Part shown: positions 57,875 to 64,000 of the stretch, in pieces
How positions within the stretch are numbered: position 1 is the first letter of the stretch
How the letters are laid out: each line of letters begins with the position of its first letter
Assembly: GCA_965207565.1 (NCBI GenBank)
Contig: CBDBMQ010000024.1
Location: 125,860 to 189,859 of the forward strand
DNA length: 64,000 nucleotides
Source of the DNA: Rhodothermales bacterium
Lineage (GTDB): Bacteria; Bacteroidota; Rhodothermia; Rhodothermales; Bin80
Reading direction: 5' to 3'
Position numbers and translations under genes: made by a program
The notes under the pieces: model-generated
Told to the model about the DNA's origin: nothing
What the model saw: only the letters and a program-made list of their open reading frames with translations
The model's database searches: none

Positions 57875-59566
57875 CTATTCATGTCCATATCTATGCCCCA
57901 ACGCATCTTTGAGGTCATGCACCGCACTCTCTAGGTGAACATGATCAATTTGTTTGTGAAGTATGCGAAGATGTCTCCCGTATTCACCACATAACTGCCC
58001 CGATCCACCATGCACAGTACATTGAATCAATAAAGAACGCCATGGATCTTCTAGTTTCTGTACGGTCTTTACCACGATTTCGTAGATGTCGACTTTGAAT
58101 CGTTTGCTAATTCGTTCTGATAGGACAATTTTCCTCAATACGAATCCTAAGGTATTGGCGGCCGAAACTGGAATATTCCCATTGTCACCGAACGCTCGGT
58201 ATGTTTGACGATCTCCGCTATGGTCTGCGCATTTAGCCAGAACTGTGGAATTCATGTGAGGAGAATCTTTGGGTAGGTCTTTCACTAGTAGAATCCAATT
58301 TTGCAAAACATTAATCGCTTCGTATATAAGCCTCGCAGCCTTGGATGGAAACTCACCCTCATCAGGAATAGACGGATCATAAATCTTTTCCAGTCCTCCT
58401 ATGATATCTGTGAAATAGTACAGCGACATATGATCCTGAACTTTTTGCTTGGCAGCGTAAGTAACCATCACTTCAAAGAAGTACATGCCAGCAAATAGCG
58501 GATTTTCCCATCGTTCGTCTTCGGAATTTGCGGGCCTCATGTTGAGATTTGCAGTAAACTGTGGATCCGGTGATTCATCTGGCTGCAGAAGTTTCAACAT
58601 ATAGTTACCAATCGGCTCCCAAACCCCTAGTCCCTTCGCGACGGTAGCGTCGTCAAATAGAACCCCTAGTATGCGATTGCCCTCTAGGGGTCGAGTTCTT
58701 GCTGGGTAGTACCGGCTATTCTCCTTAAACTCCTGATACAATATGCTGTTAATGTCTGAAATAAGTCCAGTGAAATATGCGTCTGAGAAATTTTTGACTC
58801 CGTCGTGCCTCCACATCGGGAGAATAGACAGCGCGAAATAAGGCCTTTCTTTGATCACATAGTTTCTCAGGTTTTCTGATCGGCAAAGTGCGCGTACGAT
58901 ATCTCCAGCATGGGTTTCTACTCGGCGCTGTGAGGGAATCACGGTTTCTAGGTTGCCTAAATGGCGACGCATCTTCGTTATACATGCTCTGATCGGACTC
59001 TCGCGTCGCTTTTTATCACGGTGTAGGGATTGTCCAAGATCCTCCCCCTTTAGTGATCTGATACGATCATGGAGTTTCTGTAAGCGCAGCGAGCGACGAA
59101 TGGCTCGGTCAATAAATGGCAATCGAGGTTCGACTAGGTCAATTAATTCTGCATGGCGCTGCTCGTAAATCAAGTCGGACACAATTTTCGATACAGTTGG
59201 TAGCGACGAAGGTGCTTGAGGTCCTGAAAAAAACTTATGAACTGCATAAGCCAAGCCACTCCAAACCAACGCTATTATGAAACTCAACTCTGGGGGTGTA
59301 AATAAATCGCCAATAAATGAATGCAATGAATGCGACCACTCACACACTCGTCCAGTGGTACATAGGAGAGCGACTTGTGTGTTGAACTGGACATATAAAA
59401 CGAGTAGAAACGCTATGATGGCCAATGGGATCTGTAATCCAATTCCCAATCTTGCACGTAGTCTTGTCACTCTTGGTGAAAGAGCGTAAATAGCGACGAG
59501 AAGTGTCAATAGGGTTAAGAGTCCGTCCAGAGTCATTGCTTTGCAAGTCAGTGCCAAACTGTCCAA
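57875..59566 (-). CDS. Unknown 563-aa protein with about four N-terminal TM helices and a large cytoplasmic domain
   Basis: Long ORF on the same strand, 243 nt downstream of the second AriB-like gene. No motif recognised. Confidence 0.6.
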   Translation of the reverse strand: MDSLALTCKAMTLDGLLTLLTLLVAIYALSPRVTRLRARLGIGLQIPLAIIAFLLVLYVQFNTQVALLCTTGRVCEWSHSLHSFIGDLFTPPELSFIIALVWSGLAYAVHKFFSGPQAPSSLPTVSKIVSDLIYEQRHAELIDLVEPRLPFIDRAIRRSLRLQKLHDRIRSLKGEDLGQSLHRDKKRRESPIRACITKMRRHLGNLETVIPSQRRVETHAGDIVRALCRSENLRNYVIKERPYFALSILPMWRHDGVKNFSDAYFTGLISDINSILYQEFKENSRYYPARTRPLEGNRILGVLFDDATVAKGLGVWEPIGNYMLKLLQPDESPDPQFTANLNMRPANSEDERWENPLFAGMYFFEVMVTYAAKQKVQDHMSLYYFTDIIGGLEKIYDPSIPDEGEFPSKAARLIYEAINVLQNWILLVKDLPKDSPHMNSTVLAKCADHSGDRQTYRAFGDNGNIPVSAANTLGFVLRKIVLSERISKRFKVDIYEIVVKTVQKLEDPWRSLLIQCTVHGGSGQLCGEYGRHLRILHKQIDHVHLESAVHDLKDALGHRYGHE

Positions 59567-59809
59567 TATAGGATTAACTGCCTGTAGAGTCTGTTCTAAT
59601 GGTGCCTTATAGAGGAAATGAACCGTATTAGATGCCCTTTAAAGTTCGGATACAAGTGCCCGTGTGGATTAATGAGGTGGACGATTAGACAGCGAGGCCT
59701 CCACTCTGCTCCTGCAGCTTCGCCCCGATTCCTGGAGAAATCTCCAGCCTTCATGGCTTCCGTCCCCACTTGCCGAATCCGCCCACACACCGCCCGTCTG
59801 GCACGTCAG

Positions 59810-60664
59810 TCAGGCTATGCTGCGCAATACTCGAAAACCTGAGTTCCGCGCTGCCCATGCGCGAAGGTCCTGACTGAGCTTTGTCCTGTTCAGGTCATTC
59901 CAATCAAACGACAGTCGCAGATAGGTCTTTATCATCTCGGGCCTTACATCTTGTATTTTGTTCGTGCCCAGCACGCTTCTCAAACCGAATGCCAGTAGTC
60001 CGACCATGTCCTTTCCGTAGCATATTAGCCAAGGCTTATTGACTAATAGTCGGTGAATAGATCTGAGATCATTCACAATGTTTGGACACGACAGGGCAGG
60101 GCACTGAGAGCGATTCATCACCTCTCGAACAAAAGCTTCAATATCAATTGCGAGTGAGTCTTTGTTGACACACTTTCTATACTCGAGCCCTTGAAATCTC
60201 AGATTCAACTCCTCGCGGTGCGAATATAGACGCAGGCATCCAATCCAAACAGCTGTCGCAACCAGTATATCCCGAATATCCTTGCCAAATGCGGCGATTT
60301 TTCGTGCGCTTCCCCATTCTACTAGGACACCATCAAGTGCAGAGGACCGGATCAGCAACGCCTCCAGGTCTACCGTTTCATGAACAATGATATTATCGCT
60401 CGACGGCCGATTGCCCTCGATGTGATCCAAGTCTGCATCCACTACACCAATTACTCCAGGAAAGCATACAGTTTCTAGTATGGTAACCACTTGAACAACA
60501 TTCTCTTTTCCGTCAGCTACCTCAATCCGACAGTCACCACAGTCCACAAATCGTTTAAAGAACAGTCGATCATCTCGACCTTCAACAATTAGGAAGCATC
60601 CTTTGTGGAGTTGGCGCTTCAATCGGATCGCAGTAGCCTTGGTAGTCGGTGAGCGGCGACGCAT
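59810..60664 (-). CDS. ariB: DUF4435/TOPRIM-like protein, AriB-like (PARIS-like locus 2)
   Basis: CFLIVEGRDDRLFF and GVVDADLDHIEG. Collinear with 38435..39286. Confidence 0.7.
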   Translation of the reverse strand: MRRRSPTTKATAIRLKRQLHKGCFLIVEGRDDRLFFKRFVDCGDCRIEVADGKENVVQVVTILETVCFPGVIGVVDADLDHIEGNRPSSDNIIVHETVDLEALLIRSSALDGVLVEWGSARKIAAFGKDIRDILVATAVWIGCLRLYSHREELNLRFQGLEYRKCVNKDSLAIDIEAFVREVMNRSQCPALSCPNIVNDLRSIHRLLVNKPWLICYGKDMVGLLAFGLRSVLGTNKIQDVRPEMIKTYLRLSFDWNDLNRTKLSQDLRAWAARNSGFRVLRSIA

Positions 60665-61998
60665 TAACCTTCGTTCCGACCGTGCAACTCAACGGCAAGA
60701 TGCCATCTGTCTCCGATAATCTCGGGCGAATGCGTAGCAACAATCGCTCGAAAGCCGGAAAGCTTCGCCGCCTCTTCAAGATCCTCAAGCCACCGCTCTT
60801 GCCAAGCGACATGGAGCGAGATTTCAGGCTCATCAATGAGAATGAGGGAGTTGCTCGACGCACGGAACAACAACTCGTAAAGCATGACAAGTTCGTGCTG
60901 CTCTCCTGAGGAAAGTTGCTCTAAGTCCAAATTGGTGCCGTCGTCCTTAGCGACTCGCAACCCCTTTTTGCTCACCGCCACCTGTTTATGACAAAAGCGG
61001 GAGTTAACGATTCTCTTGAAGGTGCTTACTTTTTCATAAAGTTCGTCGAAGACCGCCAGTTTTTCTTTGGCATCCGCTGCATAAACCGCAAGCACGCTTC
61101 GCTGCGATTCATCTACGAGATCCAGATCAGGAATCTCCAAGTCGAGTTGCTCTTCTGCCAAAAGGCCTACGTCTTCCAGCTGCGAGAGTTTCTGGTCAAT
61201 CGCGTCGAGGTCTTTACGCAACGTTTCAACCGAACCATTCGATTGCCTGCGGTCGGCGTCCACCAAACGCGCGGGAAAGGTGCGGTCACGCGACTGAGAC
61301 AATGCTCCGTACTTAGCGTTTGAATCCTTGATATGATGGGCAAGCTGTTGGGAACAGTAACTCACGGTGCGTTCCGTATTGACTGTCCGGCCGTGCCCTC
61401 GCTGTCGGGATATGCGGGTCAAGCGCTCAGTATTGATCAAGCGTACCGCAATGGAGTGCCGTAAATCCTGCAGCCAATCGGGGCTCGGCAATGCGCCACT
61501 TCGAAAACCATGAGGGAGTTCATCTCCGAAGTCTATTAGTACGTCGTCGAGATCAAGTATAGATCCCGTCTCAATGTTGTGCCATTCGCGAAAACCAACT
61601 CGATTAAGTACCGGTATGAATTCCTCAACAGCAGACATTGGAAACCCTGGGCCATTCTGGTCGACCAAGCCTCCGGGAAGATCAAAGGTCTCGGTTACAC
61701 CACCTCGGTGACAGGTCAATGTCAGCGGCAATTGATCTCCACCACGGTGGCGGTTCGCCGTAGCTCTTTTTGCAATCAAGCGCGCCCCGTCATCAAACGA
61801 AACATCAACTTTTCGAAACGGCATACTCGCAAGGCGATTTATTGGTTGGTTAAACAACATGTCAATGAGCTTCAGAGTCGTGGTCTTGCCGAAGCCATTC
61901 GGACCGATTACGAGCATGATTCGCTCGTCGGTGCCAAATGCGAGATCGTGATCAAAGTCGTCGAACAAACCTTTAACGCGGACACGATCGATATTCAT
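60664..61998 (-). CDS. ariA: ABC-type ATPase, AriA-like (PARIS-like locus 2)
   Basis: GPNGFGKTT, LSSGEQ, LILIDEPEISLH and ATHSP. TAATG overlap with the ariB-like gene. GGAGG lies 7 nt upstream of ATG 61998. Confidence 0.75.
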   Translation of the reverse strand: MNIDRVRVKGLFDDFDHDLAFGTDERIMLVIGPNGFGKTTTLKLIDMLFNQPINRLASMPFRKVDVSFDDGARLIAKRATANRHRGGDQLPLTLTCHRGGVTETFDLPGGLVDQNGPGFPMSAVEEFIPVLNRVGFREWHNIETGSILDLDDVLIDFGDELPHGFRSGALPSPDWLQDLRHSIAVRLINTERLTRISRQRGHGRTVNTERTVSYCSQQLAHHIKDSNAKYGALSQSRDRTFPARLVDADRRQSNGSVETLRKDLDAIDQKLSQLEDVGLLAEEQLDLEIPDLDLVDESQRSVLAVYAADAKEKLAVFDELYEKVSTFKRIVNSRFCHKQVAVSKKGLRVAKDDGTNLDLEQLSSGEQHELVMLYELLFRASSNSLILIDEPEISLHVAWQERWLEDLEEAAKLSGFRAIVATHSPEIIGDRWHLAVELHGRNEG

Positions 61999-62326
61999 GG
62001 TGACCTCCAATTTGTAACGCCTATGTGCCGAGACCGACCGGAAGATAACGAAACCATGACTCGAATCCCCCGATCCGGTTCACCCCACGTACAGAATCAG
62101 GTGCCAAAGGTTTCAAGTATTCTCTCTCGTTTGAATAAAGAAAATTTGATTCTATCCCTATTTATGTGGAATGATTAACTTTGGGTAAACCAAGTTGCTC
62201 ATATCTTCCATTCTAGCTCTGACTTCTTTCCTCCGCGTGTAGGTCAGGGGATTCCGTGAAACTGATCTCCGCATCAACAAGTACACTAGGCGAGGAAACT
62301 ATTTAACTGAGAGCTTATTATATTGG

Positions 62327-62659
62327 ATGTCAGAGATAACCAACCCTGACGAGGTAAATTTAACTACACGCGCTTTCACTTTACTTCGTAGGTTGAGTGA
62401 GGATGGCAAGTTGACACCAGAAGAAATACACGAACTTTTACAGACCCAAAAGAAAATGGCATCTTCAGAGTTGATTCCCCAACTACAGAATAGCCTGGAA
62501 AGTTTGGGTAACCGGATAGATTCTGTCAGTGAAAAATTAGACAGTTACAAGGAAGCGACGAACAGCAAGTTGGATGCTCAGAACAGTAAGTATCATGTCT
62601 TGATCGTCATCATTTCCATAATCGGTGCTGCACTGACGATTGCGCTCGCAATCAGCTGA
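62327..62659 (+). CDS. Small coiled-coil protein with C-terminal TM anchor
   Basis: ORF only. Ends in HVLIVIISIIGAALTIALAIS. Confidence 0.35.
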   Translation: MSEITNPDEVNLTTRAFTLLRRLSEDGKLTPEEIHELLQTQKKMASSELIPQLQNSLESLGNRIDSVSEKLDSYKEATNSKLDAQNSKYHVLIVIISIIGAALTIALAIS

Positions 62660-62796
62660 TAAAGTCTGGGCCTTTCAGATCGTTTGGCCAGCGAATTGTC
62701 GAACCTTAAAATAGCCGGTTTTTCATTAGCCGGTCCTGCTTGGTCGGGGAAGAGCCTTTTAAGGAGTGGAGTGTCAAATCTTAGTTCAAGTTCTTC

Positions 62797-62858
62797 GTGC
62801 GCTGCGGAAAGGCGCTTTCCTGTGGCGTGCCCCCCACACACCTGTCGCTCCGGTTGGT
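62797..62858 (+). mobile_element. 5' fragment (about 62 nt) of a family-1 group II intron
   Basis: gtgcgctgcggaaaggcgctttcctgtggcg...cacctgtcgctccggttggt matches the first ~75 nt of the 38304 intron. Confidence 0.6.
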
Positions 62859-62859
62859 T

Positions 62860-62923
62860 GCATATTCCGATGATATGGACCACCCATTCCGGGCGAAGTG
62901 GACCACTTGGATCGGAATACGCA
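62860..62923. repeat. Palindromic element, copy 3 (with partial duplication of the left arm)
   Basis: gcatattccgatgatatgg...attccgggcgaagtgg a ccacttggatcggaatacgca. Confidence 0.5.
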
Positions 62924-63035
62924 GCCAAAAAAATAGTCCACTAAAACACATTTTCTGACCTTAACTTTATTCTTCGTTTAATCGTGGGTATTCTCTATTT
63001 CACTTGTTGACCTCGGGGGATGCCCCACGCCTCCT

Positions 63036-63193
63036 GCGACCCATCTACGAGATTCAGATCGGGAATCTCGTAGCCCCGGACCACTCCCCTGTCAAAAGGC
63101 CAAGTCTTCCAGTCGCAGGCGTTTCTGGTCAGTCACGTCGAAGTCTTCACGCAACGTTTCAACCGAACCATTCGATTGCTTGCGGTCGGCGGA
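63036..63193 (-). pseudogene. 158-bp relic of a third AriA-like gene
   Basis: Aligns with 61104-61260 inside locus-2 ariA. Includes a near-identical ~40-nt core acgcaacgtttcaaccgaaccattcgattgcYtgcggtcggcg. Confidence 0.65.
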
Positions 63194-63213
63194 GGTAAAA
63201 CACCCCTCAGTAC

Positions 63214-64000
63214 TCAAACAGCAGGCCGTAAGGTCAGCACCGTTTCAGTACGAATGCGGGTATCCAGGGCGTTCTTCCCATCACCCGGCGGTGGCAAGTA
63301 ACGCCGGCGTGCCGGTATTTCACGGATTCTTCGGCTCTGGATTCTGAATCCGTTCCCGATAGCCAAAGCCTCAATAAGTTGCGCGTTATTGACTCTATCC
63401 CCACGAATGAACGAATTGCCGAGAACCATAACAACGTACCCACTCTTCTTGACGGTTCTGTAGACTTGCCGAAGAACTGCCTCCATGTCAACCGCGTATC
63501 GCCGAATCCATCCCAGATGCCGCGAACCGATGGTTGAGCCGTCAGCCCGACTCACATAAGGCGAGATCTTGGGTGAATTCGGATGGCGGGGCATGATTCG
63601 TTCTGCCCCCACGTTGGAGGCACGTGTCTTCCTTAGTGACGCCATCACATACCCCATCCACACCAAGGATAATTTATGACCCCTTATGTAATCAATTGCG
63701 TTGAGATATGGTGGCGACGTAAGTACCAGATCAAATTCATTGTCGCCTATTCCATCGAGAGTACGTGCGTCACCAAGCCGAATGGAAGCCTCGCCAACGA
63801 TACGTTCTGGTCGAAGTCGACGGGCGACTAGCTGAGCGGCCCTTCGGAACCCGGCATAGACGTCGAAATCGTTTTCCTCGGCGACCCTATGCGGTCGGCT
63901 GTGGGATGTATCCCGCGCCAACGAGGCCATCATTTCCTTTGACACAATAATCCGGCTAAGTGCAATCATCAAAGCGGGCTTTGTCGGCGCATCATACCGT
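63214..64000 (-). CDS. SAM-dependent DNA methyltransferase-like protein (SPPY motif); 5' end lies beyond the window
   Basis: FDLVLTSPPYLNAIDY (motif IV of N4-C/N6-A methyltransferases). The reading frame stays open to position 64000. Confidence 0.65.
   Translation of the reverse strand, partial: RYDAPTKPALMIALSRIIVSKEMMASLARDTSHSRPHRVAEENDFDVYAGFRRAAQLVARRLRPERIVGEASIRLGDARTLDGIGDNEFDLVLTSPPYLNAIDYIRGHKLSLVWMGYVMASLRKTRASNVGAERIMPRHPNSPKISPYVSRADGSTIGSRHLGWIRRYAVDMEAVLRQVYRTVKKSGYVVMVLGNSFIRGDRVNNAQLIEALAIGNGFRIQSRRIREIPARRRYLPPPGDGKNALDTRIRTETVLTLRPAV

Noticed and set aside
1-64000. CRISPR arrays, tRNA/tmRNA or rRNA genes
   Set aside because: I saw no regularly spaced short repeats. The repeats present are IS/intron homologies or single palindromes. 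I found no T-arm-like GGTTCGAATCC-type sequence or rRNA-like segment. A tRNAscan or Infernal run would be needed to be certain.

Overview
The host looks like a Bacteroidota/Rhodothermota-type bacterium. Evidence is a SusC/SusD pair, a large protein with a T9SS C-terminal sorting domain, and a CRTAC1/ASPIC-type VCBS protein. Ordinary chromosomal genes occupy 5033-14111 and 25282-30897. The rest of the window is heavily rearranged accessory DNA.

(1) 1-5148: a frameshifted IS5/IS1182-like transposase, then a 3.3-kb cassette (SF1 helicase plus a 222-aa partner). The cassette is bracketed by a ~122-bp direct duplication of the 3' end of the neighbouring gene.

(2) 14.6-24.8 kb: a mobile-element pile-up. 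An IS110 element sits inside an IS1380 element (5-bp TSD ATTGA). That IS1380 sits inside an unusual two-gene IS256-like element, which truncates a PrrC/RloC-type AAA_13 ATPase pseudogene. An ORF-less group II intron and solo IR relics lie alongside.

(3) 31.6-64 kb: a defence-type island on what looks like a decayed conjugative element. It contains:
- an unknown 614-aa protein and a SIR2-like gene, separated by an ISL3 insertion
- two diverged PARIS-like AriA/AriB pairs plus a 158-bp relic of a third AriA
- a ParB-domain / nuclease-like / Dcm cassette whose methyltransferase carries two +1 frameshifts in C7 tracts
- a group II twintron that disrupts an ISL3 copy
- a Panacea (DUF4065) two-gene module
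- a truncated trbC-D-E-J-L-F type IV secretion block
- a partial SPPY-motif DNA methyltransferase at the right edge

I recognised no rRNA, tRNA or CRISPR array. All family assignments come from motifs read by eye in the translations. No database search was run.
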